This document shows positions 8,352 through 17,529 of a DNA stretch of 64,000 nucleotides, piece by piece. Origin of the DNA: Syntrophomonas sp. (GTDB taxonomy: Bacteria; Bacillota; Syntrophomonadia; Syntrophomonadales; Syntrophomonadaceae); NCBI GenBank assembly GCA_016841245.1, contig JAENZN010000023.1, forward strand, positions 1,016 to 65,015, in the 5' to 3' direction. The notes below the pieces were generated by a model, which was not told the DNA's origin, made no database searches, and saw only the letters and a program-made list of their open reading frames with translations. Numbering within the stretch: the first letter of the stretch is position 1; the number at the start of each line of letters is the position of its first letter. The translations under genes and the position numbers were made by a program.

Positions 8352-9476
8352 TCATAACGTTTCTCGGGGTTGTTTTTGATGCACATCATTCTTCAATAAG
8401 ATATAGAGGACTGCAGCAACAGGTACACCCAACAGAATGCCTAGCGGGCCGGCGAGGCCGGCGCCAACGATCGCGGCCAGCAGGACCCAGACACCGGGTA
8501 AACCCAGACTGCTGCCCACCACTCTCGGATAGATGAGATTGCCTTCTATTTGCTGTAAAATGACCAGGAAAACGATAAACCAGAGCGCCTGTACCGGTGA
8601 AACCATCAGCAATACCAAAAAGGCGATAGATCCTCCGATATAGGCTCCCACCAGGGGCAGCAAGGCGGTAATCCCGATCAAGGTGCTGATCATCAAGGAA
8701 TATTCGAACCTAAAAATGAGCATACCTATGAAGCATAGCAAACCCAGAATAACAGCTTCTGTCAGCTGCCCATAAACATACTTATTAAAGATATCCGTAG
8801 TTACCTGATAAACATATACTACGTTTTGATATACTCCTGACGGTAGGTAGGCCCGGCAGACGGCCTTACAATTACCCAAAATCCTTTCGTAGCCTGCCAG
8901 AAGGTAGATGGATATAATCAAGGAGATAAGCAAGTTGGCAAGAAATCCGAACAATCCGGCGGTAAAACCAATGATGCCGGACACCAACCCACCGAGATTG
9001 CCGGTCAACTTATCGACTGATTCAAAAACCTGATTGGTCAGGGATGACAGGTCAAAATCGCCCACTTCTATCATACTTCCGGCCCGATTGATCAACCCCT
9101 GCATATTATCCAGGTAGGTACCGATGTTGGAAGCAAATAAGTGAATGCTGTCAACTAACTGGGGAACTATAAAAAACGTTATAACGATCAACAGCAGCAG
9201 GGCCAGAAAATAAGTCTTAACAACAGCCAGCCCCCGAATCAACCCCGGGCTGCTGTTTTTCAAAATACTTTTGCTTATATACCCTTCTATGAACAAGCAT
9301 GGTTTATGTAAAATGAAGGCGATTGCTATGCCGATCCACAATGGTTGTAATAAAGAAAGAAACCACCTTAAGCCATTCATAATAGGACTGAAATTAAGAA
9401 CCACCAGAATCAAAATTGCAGCATAAGTGATCATCAACATTAAGCCCCGGTTTGTTTTTGTGTTAATAAAAATCAA
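8352..9476 (-). CDS. AI-2E family transporter (PerM/YhhT, UPF0118)
   Basis: It is a roughly 8-TM protein with the characteristic C-terminal block (QQIEGNLIYPRVVGSSLGLPGVWVLLA). The start (TTG at 9476) is uncertain, and an internal Met is possible. Confidence 0.8.
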   Translation of the reverse strand: MIFINTKTNRGLMLMITYAAILILVVLNFSPIMNGLRWFLSLLQPLWIGIAIAFILHKPCLFIEGYISKSILKNSSPGLIRGLAVVKTYFLALLLLIVITFFIVPQLVDSIHLFASNIGTYLDNMQGLINRAGSMIEVGDFDLSSLTNQVFESVDKLTGNLGGLVSGIIGFTAGLFGFLANLLISLIISIYLLAGYERILGNCKAVCRAYLPSGVYQNVVYVYQVTTDIFNKYVYGQLTEAVILGLLCFIGMLIFRFEYSLMISTLIGITALLPLVGAYIGGSIAFLVLLMVSPVQALWFIVFLVILQQIEGNLIYPRVVGSSLGLPGVWVLLAAIVGAGLAGPLGILLGVPVAAVLYILLKNDVHQKQPRETL

Positions 9477-9815
9477 CCCCTTCAGATATATGTCAATAAT
9501 AAATCCTTAAGAATCTGAGTATTTAGTTGTACTGTCAGCCCTACGATCCTTTCCAAAATTTTGTCCCAAAACTATATTTTATTAACTCACCAAATAAAAC
9601 ATAGAACTTGCCAGCAGGTAAATGTGAGAATTAGTTAATCAGAGCAATACCAATTATTTCTATTAAACTAAAATAAATCCTCCAGGAGAAAGGTAAAATA
9701 CCTCTAGATTCAATTTGTAAAAGAAGCATCCCCCTCTTGGAGTTTTATTAGACAATCCTTTGGAAATGGCCTATACTTGTAGTTGCTTTATACCTTAATA
9801 AGAAGGAGCCCCATT

Positions 9816-10184
9816 TTGTCATATATTTACTTAACCAACATCTTATTACGCTTCATTCTAGGGGGCAGTGCAGTAGTAGCTTCCACCTTGATCGCTCGTG
9901 CTTTTGGGGGGCGAATAGGTGGTATTTTTGCTGCTTTTCCAGCGGTTTACCTGGCTGCTATTTTAAGCCTGGCATTGGAATACCGCGGGAATGAATTAAT
10001 AAGCATTTCTCAGCAGGTTTCCCAGGGTGCCCTGATCGGAATGATAGCTGACATTATATGTGCAATAAGTGCCAGCTTTTTAATATTAAAGAATGGATGG
10101 GAAAAAGGACTATGTTTAGCCCTGATTATCTGGTTAGTCAGTGCATCAGGCATCTACTGGGCCTGGCAGATACTTTTTAGGTGA
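9816..10184 (+). CDS. DUF3147 family membrane protein (first of pair)
   Basis: It shows the pattern LRFILGGSAVVASTLIARAFGGRIGGIFAAFPAVY. The TTG at 9816 is 7 nt after AAGGAG. The track ORF starts at 9783. Confidence 0.7.
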   Translation: MSYIYLTNILLRFILGGSAVVASTLIARAFGGRIGGIFAAFPAVYLAAILSLALEYRGNELISISQQVSQGALIGMIADIICAISASFLILKNGWEKGLCLALIIWLVSASGIYWAWQILFR

Positions 10185-10186
10185 TA

Positions 10187-10576
10187 ATGATGAAGATTTT
10201 TAAAGATCTAACTTTAAGATTTATTCTGGGTGGAACAGCTGTTGCAGCTTGTTATATCGCTCTACAGATGATCCCCTGGAAATCTTTTGCCGGTATTTTT
10301 GCTGCTTTTCCTGCAGTTATGGTTTCTGCAGTAATTATGGCCGGTTATTTTGAAAATTCCAGGCATGCATCTGATGTAGCCCTGGGTGCTTCAGCCGGTA
10401 TGGCAGGATGTACAGTCTGTGTTATGACTGCATATTACGGTATGACCAGGTATTCAAGCTGGTGGCTTATACTAGCTCTCTCGCTTCTCGCCTGGCTGGT
10501 AAGCTCAGTAATTTTTATCACTTTTATCCAACAGCTGTTGAAAACATATCACAAACCGTCTGGTGACAAAAAATAG
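10187..10576 (+). CDS. DUF3147 family membrane protein (second of pair)
   Basis: It shows LRFILGGTAVAACYIALQMIPWKSFAGIFAAFPAV and is paralogous to the upstream gene. AGGTGA is followed by ATG. Confidence 0.7.
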   Translation: MMKIFKDLTLRFILGGTAVAACYIALQMIPWKSFAGIFAAFPAVMVSAVIMAGYFENSRHASDVALGASAGMAGCTVCVMTAYYGMTRYSSWWLILALSLLAWLVSSVIFITFIQQLLKTYHKPSGDKK

Positions 10577-10582
10577 AAAATA

Positions 10583-10745
10583 ATGGTGAGAGCTTTATGT
10601 CGTTAATTCTAAATCGCTTTGGGGAAAATGGGTTATATGTTCTGGATGAACCGGAAGCCGCCTTATCACCATCCAGACAGCTGTCACTGTTGGCACAGAT
10701 AAATAACCTGGTTAAAAAGAAATCACAATTCTTATATCGCTACCA
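10583..10745 (+). pseudogene. Internal fragment of the AAA ATPase gene (degenerate copy of 6293-6450)
   Basis: Track ORF 10597-10803 (MSLILNRFGENGLYVLDEPEAALSPSRQLSLLAQINNLVKK) aligns to residues of the 5869-6612 product. Identity is about 88% at the nucleotide level by eye. Walker A and the C-terminus are missing. Confidence 0.8.
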
Positions 10746-10761
10746 TGGTCCTTATCTAACT

Positions 10762-11283
10762 TCAACCAACATGAAGCAAACCCCAGAGCAAACCTATGCA
10801 TAAAACTACTATTATACAAATCTTTTTCACTGACGTTATCCTGTGCTTTAGTATCTGGTCTGAATTCTTATGGTCCATAAATGTACCTGGGTAATCTGCT
10901 GCAGTATTTAAACCCGGCTTTATATCTTCATGGGAACCAAAAAGATTCAAATCAATATTCATGTTATCATCACTACCCCTGAATTTGTCTATCTGCTTTC
11001 CATCTATCCAAATCCCGCCGGAGTCACAGATATAGATCTCAGTCCCTTCCGGGTAATTTACCGGGGTCATAGCAGTATTGGTTTTCGGAGAAATTATCTG
11101 TCTTTTCAAAATCTTATCCGTTTCCCTTAAGCGTTTGGACACTATCTCAGGTCGACGGGCCAGCAAATAAATTTCTCCCCGGTCCAGCCAGACCCCATGA
11201 CATTCTTGGCAGTAATCCACTTCCACACCCTGTTTGGTTAAAACTGTTTGAAGCTCACGATTTTTACAATCAGGACATTCCAT
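10762..11283 (-). CDS. Zinc-ribbon (zf-TFIIB-like, PF13453-type) protein with C-terminal TM anchor
   Basis: It shows CPDC...CQECHGVWLDRGE and a degenerate second repeat (ICDSGGIWIDGKQIDKF). The C-terminus is hydrophobic (ICIIVVLCIGLLWGLL). AGGAGG lies upstream. Confidence 0.7.
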   Translation of the reverse strand: MECPDCKNRELQTVLTKQGVEVDYCQECHGVWLDRGEIYLLARRPEIVSKRLRETDKILKRQIISPKTNTAMTPVNYPEGTEIYICDSGGIWIDGKQIDKFRGSDDNMNIDLNLFGSHEDIKPGLNTAADYPGTFMDHKNSDQILKHRITSVKKICIIVVLCIGLLWGLLHVG

Positions 11284-11510
11284 TAATCCTATCCTCCTAA
11301 AAAATCTCCTGTTTTTTTATTTCTGATAGTTAATAATTCTATGCGCATTTGTAATATCCTGTATTTTTGTCTATTTTTTTACATAATCGTCCAGTATTAA
11401 CCATACTGAAGAACAGTTCCCTAAATGCCTGTTTATTCTTCCTCTCTAAATCACAGTTATTTAAAATGTTTACTGGTGCCTCTAAAGGAATAGTCAGTCT
11501 CTGTATGACA

Positions 11511-12341
11511 TTATTTATATAGATCAGCAAAAGCTCTTTGCAAAGCGGTTAAGGTCGACAGGCCAATAATTCCATCAGCAGGTATAGATTTTTGAATTTG
11601 AAAGTCTTTTACTGCTTTTTCAGTATAAGGGCCATATTCACCATCCAGCTTGGACCGGTAAAATTTAAGCTTTCTCAACATCCTCTGAACTTCCTTTACG
11701 TCACTGCCACTATCACCTAGTTTCAAGACCCGATTATTATAAGCTTTGCCGATTATGCTTACTGGCGTTCCAACTGGAGTCCTATCATATACTTCAATAA
11801 CATCCTCATTATACAAGCGGACACAGCCATGACTTACTGCTTTGCCAATGGATTTAGGATTATTGGTTCCATGAATACCATAACCACCCCAGGGAATACT
11901 TAAACGCATCCATCTTACCCCAAAAGGTCCGCCAGGATTAAGAGCTTTATTAACAATTGTCCAGTTACCCAGGGGTGTAGGCAAACTTGGTCTCCCAACC
12001 GCTGCCGGGTAAATTTTCATAAGACTATCCGCGACAAAAACCAATACTCTCCTGTCAATATCGATGATGATACTGGGTGCATCATAAACCCGTTCTGTTC
12101 TAAAAAACCGGGAAGAGTTCATATCTAACTCTGTCCAGGTAATAGGACCAACAACACCGTCAGATTTAAGTCGCTTAGCCTTCTGGAACTTTTTAACCGC
12201 TTGTTCTGTAGTTTCAGTATATATCCCATTGGACTTTTCAGAGTAATATCCCAGTTCCTGCAGCCTGATCTGAAGTTCTATTATATCCGGCCCCCGCATG
12301 CTTTCCCTAGCCAATTTCAATAATCTAGTTGAACAGGTCAT
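11511..12341 (-). CDS. L,D-transpeptidase (YkuD domain) flanked by two PG_binding_1 domains
   Basis: The catalytic motif is [22 protein letters not shown]-binding repeats ([17 protein letters not shown]; [17 protein letters not shown]) sit at both ends. Confidence 0.9.
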   Translation of the reverse strand: MTCSTRLLKLARESMRGPDIIELQIRLQELGYYSEKSNGIYTETTEQAVKKFQKAKRLKSDGVVGPITWTELDMNSSRFFRTERVYDAPSIIIDIDRRVLVFVADSLMKIYPAAVGRPSLPTPLGNWTIVNKALNPGGPFGVRWMRLSIPWGGYGIHGTNNPKSIGKAVSHGCVRLYNEDVIEVYDRTPVGTPVSIIGKAYNNRVLKLGDSGSDVKEVQRMLRKLKFYRSKLDGEYGPYTEKAVKDFQIQKSIPADGIIGLSTLTALQRAFADLYK

Positions 12342-12586
12342 TTGACGGCCTCCTTTGCTTTGTTTATTATTATCATATTTGTACTTGGGGAAAAAATGCC
12401 CGAACAGATGACAGGATTATCGTGGTCTAATAATCTTCCTGCAAGATTTGACAGCCTGACATAAGAGCCGCCAAGCACCAAACAGGAAATTACTATATGT
12501 AAATTACCAGTTCTGGCAGGATTTCGTTGAAATTAGCGAGAATAATATTATTGAGAATTATTTTGACATAGGAGGTACTATAGCTT

Positions 12587-13099
12587 ATGAAAATCAATAA
12601 AAAGGTTAGCATTGTTTTAGTATTTTTGCTGGCCCTATCACTGATTATTAGTGGATGTGGGAAAGTTGCTGAAAAAGCTAGTGAACAAGCAGTTGAGAAA
12701 GTCATTGAAAGTGAAACCGGTGAAAAAGTGGACCTGGATATGGACAATGAATCGGTCGAGATAACAACTGATCAGGGCACTATAAAAGCTGGCGCTACTT
12801 ATGATTGGCCTTCAGGTATGCCATCTGATGTCCCGGAGTTCAAGTACGGCAGCATTAGCAGTGTAATCGAGAGTACTACCGAGGCTGGGACATCCTATAC
12901 TGTAACTTTTGAAGAAGTAGCGGCAGATTCATTTGCGAAGTACCGAGATGATCTGGAAGATAAGGGGTGGACCATGCAATTGACGCAGCAGATGGGCTCA
13001 GGCTGGACTCTCAGTGCTGTCAAAGATAATAATAACGTAACCGCGGTAATGGGGGACGATTCAACCGGCTTTATCAGCTTCAATCCTGAAATGCAATAA
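12587..13099 (+). CDS. Lipoprotein of unknown function
   Basis: It has a signal peptide with a lipobox (LSLIISGCG). AGGAGG lies upstream and a strong terminator lies downstream. Confidence 0.7.
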   Translation: MKINKKVSIVLVFLLALSLIISGCGKVAEKASEQAVEKVIESETGEKVDLDMDNESVEITTDQGTIKAGATYDWPSGMPSDVPEFKYGSISSVIESTTEAGTSYTVTFEEVAADSFAKYRDDLEDKGWTMQLTQQMGSGWTLSAVKDNNNVTAVMGDDSTGFISFNPEMQ

Positions 13100-13113
13100 C
13101 CGCATATTATTTT

Positions 13114-13148
13114 GGGAGACTTCATCATATGATGAAGTCTCCTTTTTA
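13114..13148 (+). terminator. Rho-independent terminator
   Basis: A perfect 14-bp stem (GGAGACTTCATCAT/ATGATGAAGTCTCC) is followed by T5. Confidence 0.85.
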
Positions 13149-13276
13149 AATTCTACTGGGTTAGTATAGCTCTATCTAACTCTTACTGGGAAAGATATTG
13201 ATTGATAGTGTAAAATATACCCTAGGTCGGTTTATATACGATATGATTAAATGGATGGAATAATTATATCCACGTT

Positions 13277-14068
13277 ATGGGGGGATTAGAAATGGCAGTG
13301 AATACTAACAATCTTTACCGTCAAGTTAATATCAATTTATTTGAAGGTGGACGTTTTATTGAAGCAGATGCCCATCTGGTACGGGAAGAAGAATTATGCA
13401 TATTTATTAATGAAACTTATATTTCTACCCTGGTCTGTTCTCCTGGAGCAGACCGTGAACTAGCATTAGGATTTCTACTTAGTGAAGCTGTTCTCTGCCA
13501 GGATAGTGATATAAAATCAGTTAATTGCTCTCCAGGCAGAATTGATATTGTGACTTCCGAGCCCCTTGCGGAAAATCACTTTGATCAAGGATATTGTGAG
13601 CTGCATAAAAAGAGCTTTATCATTTTGGAAAAAGCACTCTTCAACCGATCTGCTTTATCCTCAGTTCAATTCCCGGCTTCCCACCTGCTAAGTTTAATCT
13701 ATGAGTTGGACAACCGGGCTCAAACTTTTAAGATAACCGGCGGGGTACACAGTGCCGCACTGGCCGACAGCAGGGAGATGCTGGTACGATATGAGGATAT
13801 CGGTCGCCATAATGCGGTTGATAAGGCCTTTGGCTATGCTTTTATAAAGCGAATACCCTTGTTTGATAAGTGCCTGGTTCTAAGTGGCAGGATATCCAAT
13901 GAAATTCTGGCCAAAGCGGCACAAAATGGGATACCTTTTATTCTTTCCCGTTCTGCTCCAACCCTGCAAGCAGTACAATGGGCTGAACAGTTAGGGATAA
14001 CTATGGTGGGATTTGCTCGGGGCAGCCGTTTTAATGTTTATACTCACCCGGAACGCATAAGTATATAG
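13277..14068 (+). CDS. fdhD: Formate dehydrogenase accessory sulfurtransferase FdhD
   Basis: It carries the FdhD signature (ITGGVHSAAL, EDIGRHNAVDKAFG, SGRISNEILAKAA). An alternative start is the ATG at 13292, after GGGGGGA. Confidence 0.9.
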   Translation: MGGLEMAVNTNNLYRQVNINLFEGGRFIEADAHLVREEELCIFINETYISTLVCSPGADRELALGFLLSEAVLCQDSDIKSVNCSPGRIDIVTSEPLAENHFDQGYCELHKKSFIILEKALFNRSALSSVQFPASHLLSLIYELDNRAQTFKITGGVHSAALADSREMLVRYEDIGRHNAVDKAFGYAFIKRIPLFDKCLVLSGRISNEILAKAAQNGIPFILSRSAPTLQAVQWAEQLGITMVGFARGSRFNVYTHPERISI

Positions 14069-14225
14069 CTTGAGCATTCCTCTATGAAGAATAATCTTCA
14101 AACCCCAAGCGTTATCAGCATAGAAAAGACTGCCCTTTAATCAAATATTTTAAAATTTGTTGTAATTTAAGCAGGTAAATCACTATCTGGTATAGAATTG
14201 TATATTTGAAAAGAATAATGTTTTT

Positions 14226-14320
14226 TTCTCCGAGCTTTAGCATCTAAAGCCTGGCTATGGTGTTTAAGCCTGTGGGTAGATCTGGAAACGGTTCTGCCTC
14301 CCGCGTTTGGAAAGGAGTAC
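14226..14320 (+). promoter_or_regulatory. Moco (molybdenum cofactor) riboswitch aptamer, unit 1
   Basis: It reads CUCCGAGC, P2 hairpin GCUUUAG-CAU-CUAAAGC, a further hairpin, then AUCUGGAAACGGUUCUGCCUCCCGCGUUUGGAAAGGAG. This matches the remembered Moco_RNA_motif core (CUCCGAGC ... CUGGAAACGG ... GCCUCCC ... GGAAAGGAG). Confidence 0.8.
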
Positions 14321-14380
14321 AGATTTTAGCTGCCGATATATGATTAAAGCTATTTGTTAGTCGTATATTTTTGTTAAATG

Positions 14381-14409
14381 GGCCTCCCGTTCAAACAGGA
14401 GGTCTTTGT
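14381..14409 (+). terminator. Candidate terminator/expression platform of riboswitch unit 1
   Basis: The stem is GGCCUCC(CG)/(CA)GGAGGUC, the loop is UUCAAA, and UUUGUAGUU follows. It is weaker than the unit 2 terminator. Confidence 0.45.
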
Positions 14410-14506
14410 AGTTAAGACAGGGAATACATCTAATAACAGCATGAGCTAACTATGTGAAAGAGACTACCTCATAATCAATTATAATTGAATATTTTTTCAA
14501 AAGCTT

Positions 14507-14620
14507 TGCTCCAAAGCTACTTCACCTAAAACTTCGGTCATGGGGACTTAGCCGACACGGTTTACAACCGGTACGGTAAATCTGGAAACGGGTTTGCCTC
14601 CCTTACTTGGAAAGGAGTCA
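14507..14620 (+). promoter_or_regulatory. Moco riboswitch aptamer, unit 2
   Basis: It reads GCUCCAAAGC ... AAUCUGGAAACGGGUUUGCCUCCCUUACUUGGAAAGGAG. The conserved core starts exactly 300 nt after that of unit 1. Confidence 0.75.
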
Positions 14621-14770
14621 TCGGCCTGTGAAATAACTTTACGTTACCAGCTATATATGCGGGTCATGTTAGTGTGGATTTGTTTGTTCTCGCCATAAGT
14701 TTTTCATAGGCAAGGGGGAGCGTGCGTTTGAATATAACACTTGTTCATGATTTTACCATGAATTAATTGT

Positions 14771-14802
14771 AAACCTCCTCCTGTTCCGGCAGGAGGTTTT
14801 TA
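14771..14802 (+). terminator. Intrinsic terminator between riboswitch unit 2 and fdhA (expression platform)
   Basis: The stem AAACCUCCU...AGGAGGUUU is followed by a U-run. It lies about 25 nt before the fdhA RBS GGAAGGAG. Confidence 0.8.
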
Positions 14803-14834
14803 TATTATGTGAATGAAATAAATGGAAGGAGTGA

Positions 14835-17525
14835 ATGTTGGTGGAAATGGTAAATCTATACATCAATGGGAAGGAGGTAGGAGCTCCAACGGGGAGCACA
14901 ATTATGCAGGCTGCTGATCTGGCCGGGATAGAAATTCCACGTCTTTGTTATGACCCGGATTTAAGCGCTCTGGGCGCATGCCGCCTTTGCGTGGTAGAAG
15001 TAAAAGGTAATCGACTTTTACCAGCCTCGTGTGTTACACCAGTAATGCCGGGTATGGAAGTCTTTACTGAATCCCCTGCAGTAATTGAAGCACGGCGAAC
15101 CATTCTGGAGCTTCTGGTTGCCAATCATCCACTGGATTGTATGACCTGTGATAAGCTGGGTGACTGCAAGTTGGCAGATTACTGCTACCAGTATGGGGTC
15201 AAGGAAAGCCCCTTTGCCGGCGAAAAACACAGCTACAAATGTGATGACAGCAATCCATTTATCATCAGAGACCTGAACAAATGCATCCTCTGCGGAGCTT
15301 GTGTCAGAGCCTGTGAAGAAATGACCGGACAAGACAATCTTTCCTACCTCTACCGCGGTTTTGATAGGAAAGCTACCACTGCTGGCGATGTACCGTATGC
15401 CGAATCGGATTGTGTTTTTTGCGGCCAATGTGTGGCTGTCTGCCCTACCGGTGCTTTGACCGAGAAAACTATGGCTGGTCAAGCCCGCCGCTGGGAAATA
15501 GAACGGGTAAGAACCACTTGTCCTTTCTGTGGAACAGGATGTAATTTTGATCTGGCGGTTAAAGATGAAAAAGTAATTGGAGTACTCTCCAATCCTGAGA
15601 GTCCAGTAAACGGACGTTCTCTATGTGTTAAAGGGCGTTTTGGCTGGGACTATATTTACAATGAAAAACGTTTAAAAACTCCTTTGATAAAAAAGGATGG
15701 TAAATTTGAAGAGGCTTCATGGGACGAAGCTTTTGATCTAATTGCTTCTAAATTCACCTCTATCAAGGACACTTATGGTCCTGACAGTTTTGCTGCCCTC
15801 AGTTCCGCTCGCTGTACCAATGAAGAAAACTACCTGGTACAAAAATTCACCCGGGCAGTGATGGGAACAAACAGTGTAGACCACTGTGCCCGCACCTGAC
15901 ATGCGCCTACCGTGGCCGGTCTGGCCACCACTTTAGGCAGCGGTGCAATGACTAATCCCATAGGGGACATAGAAAATGAAGCAGAATTAATGTTGCTGAT
16001 AGGTACCAATACTACTGAAGCCCATCCGGTAATAGGCTACAAAATGCGGCAGGCTGCCCGTAAAGGATGCAAAATGATAGTCTGTGATCCACGCCGTATT
16101 GATCTAGTGGATGATGCTGATTATTGGATAAGACATAAACCAGGCACTGATATACCCCTTTTGAATGGCTTTATGCATATCATTATCAAGGAAGGCCTGG
16201 AAGACAAACAATTTATAGCTGATCGTACTGAGAACTATGAGGCCCTCAAGGAAACAGTAGCAGCGTACAATCCCGAATATGTATCAGAACTTACCGGTGT
16301 ACCGGTGGAACAATTATATACAGTAGCCCGTTTATATGCCACCACCAACAAATCCATGTTATTCTATACCCTGGGAATAACTGAACACATATGCGGAACT
16401 CAAAATGTAATGAGTACAGCTAACCTGGCTATGCTTACTGGTCATCTGGGAAGACCAGGTACAGGTGTCTGTCCGATACGCGGTCAGAATAATGTACAGG
16501 GAGCCTGTGACATGGGTGCACTGCCCAATGTATATATGGGATACCAGGCTGTAACCAATAATGAAATTAAGGCTAAATTTGAAAAAGCCTGGGGAACTTC
16601 TCTTTCTGGCAAGATGGGGCTAAAAATACCTGAGATGTTTGAAGCAGCCCATGAAGGAAAAGTTAAATCCATGTACATCCTCGGTGAAAATCCTGTCTTA
16701 ACTGATCCTAATGCCAATCATATCAAAGAAGCACTGGAAAAACTTGACTTTCTAGTAGTTCAAGAATTATTTCTGACTGAAACCGCGGTATTCGCAGACG
16801 TAATACTGCCTGCAGCCAGTTTTGCTGAATGCGACGGTACTTTCACCAATACTGAACGTCGTGTACAAAGGGTAAGGAAGGCTATCAAACCTCTGCCTGG
16901 GCAAGCTAACTGGGAAACTATCTGTCAGATGTCAACCTGGATGGGTTATCCTATGAGCTATGATCATCCTGGTCAAATATGGGATGAATTAGCGGCACTG
17001 ACACCTTCCATGGCTGGCATTAATTTTGATCGCATCGATAAAACTGGCCTGCAGTGGCCCTGTCCGGCAGCAGACCATCCAGGAACTCCGTTCCTGCACA
17101 GCGGCAAATTCTCCCGTGGTCTGGGCTTATTCCAGCCTGCCGAGCATGTACCACCTGGGGAAATGCCGGATGAAGAATATCCATTCCTGTTATCTACAGG
17201 TAGAATTCTATATCATTACAATGTTACTACACCTTATTCAATGGGCATTAGCAGCATTTGGGATCGTGAAAAAGCTGAACTTAATCCTCTGGATGCAGCA
17301 AAACTTGGGGTACAAACAGGAAGCAGCGTAAGGGTAACATCTCGACGCGGTACAGCTACCACTGAAGTTAAAGTTACAGACAGGGTAATGCCAGGCATCA
17401 TCTGGATGTCCTTCCATTATACAGCTACACCTACTAATGAATTAACCAGTCATCACCTGGATCCTATTACCGGGACTGGCGAATACAAGGCATGTGCGGT
17501 GAAAATAGAAAAAGTAGAGGTGTAA
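14835..17525 (+). CDS. fdhA: Formate dehydrogenase catalytic subunit FdhA, selenocysteine-containing, with fused NuoG-like N-terminal Fe-S domains
   Basis: Track ORFs 14835-15899 and 15912-17525 are in the same frame and are separated only by TGA at 15897-15899. The context VDHCART-U-HAPTVAGL places the TGA at the active-site Sec/Cys of Mo/W-bisPGD formate dehydrogenases, and a SECIS hairpin follows. The N-terminus has 2Fe-2S and 4Fe-4S Cys motifs. The start could be the ATG at 14847 (MVNLYINGKEV). Confidence 0.9.
15897..15937 (+). other. UGA(Sec) recoding site plus bacterial SECIS hairpin
   Basis: The hairpin GUGGCC-GGUCU-GGCCAC (15912-15928) starts 13 nt after UGA. An outer CCUA/UAGG pairing is possible. 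The loop is GGUC-containing, as in the fdhF-type SECIS. Confidence 0.8.
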
Positions 17526-17529
17526 AAAA

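Noticed and set aside
11339-11530. A 63-aa minus-strand ORF between the L,D-transpeptidase and zinc-ribbon genes.
   Set aside because: Its start overlaps the end of the upstream gene, there is no SD, and I recognise no family. It is most likely intergenic.
15897-15899. Reading the TGA at 15897 (and the one at 23302-23304) as a genuine stop, which would make the fdhA genes split or pseudogenes.
   Set aside because: The TGA sits at the conserved active-site Sec/Cys position. Both halves are in frame, and a SECIS hairpin with a GGUCU loop follows in both paralogs.
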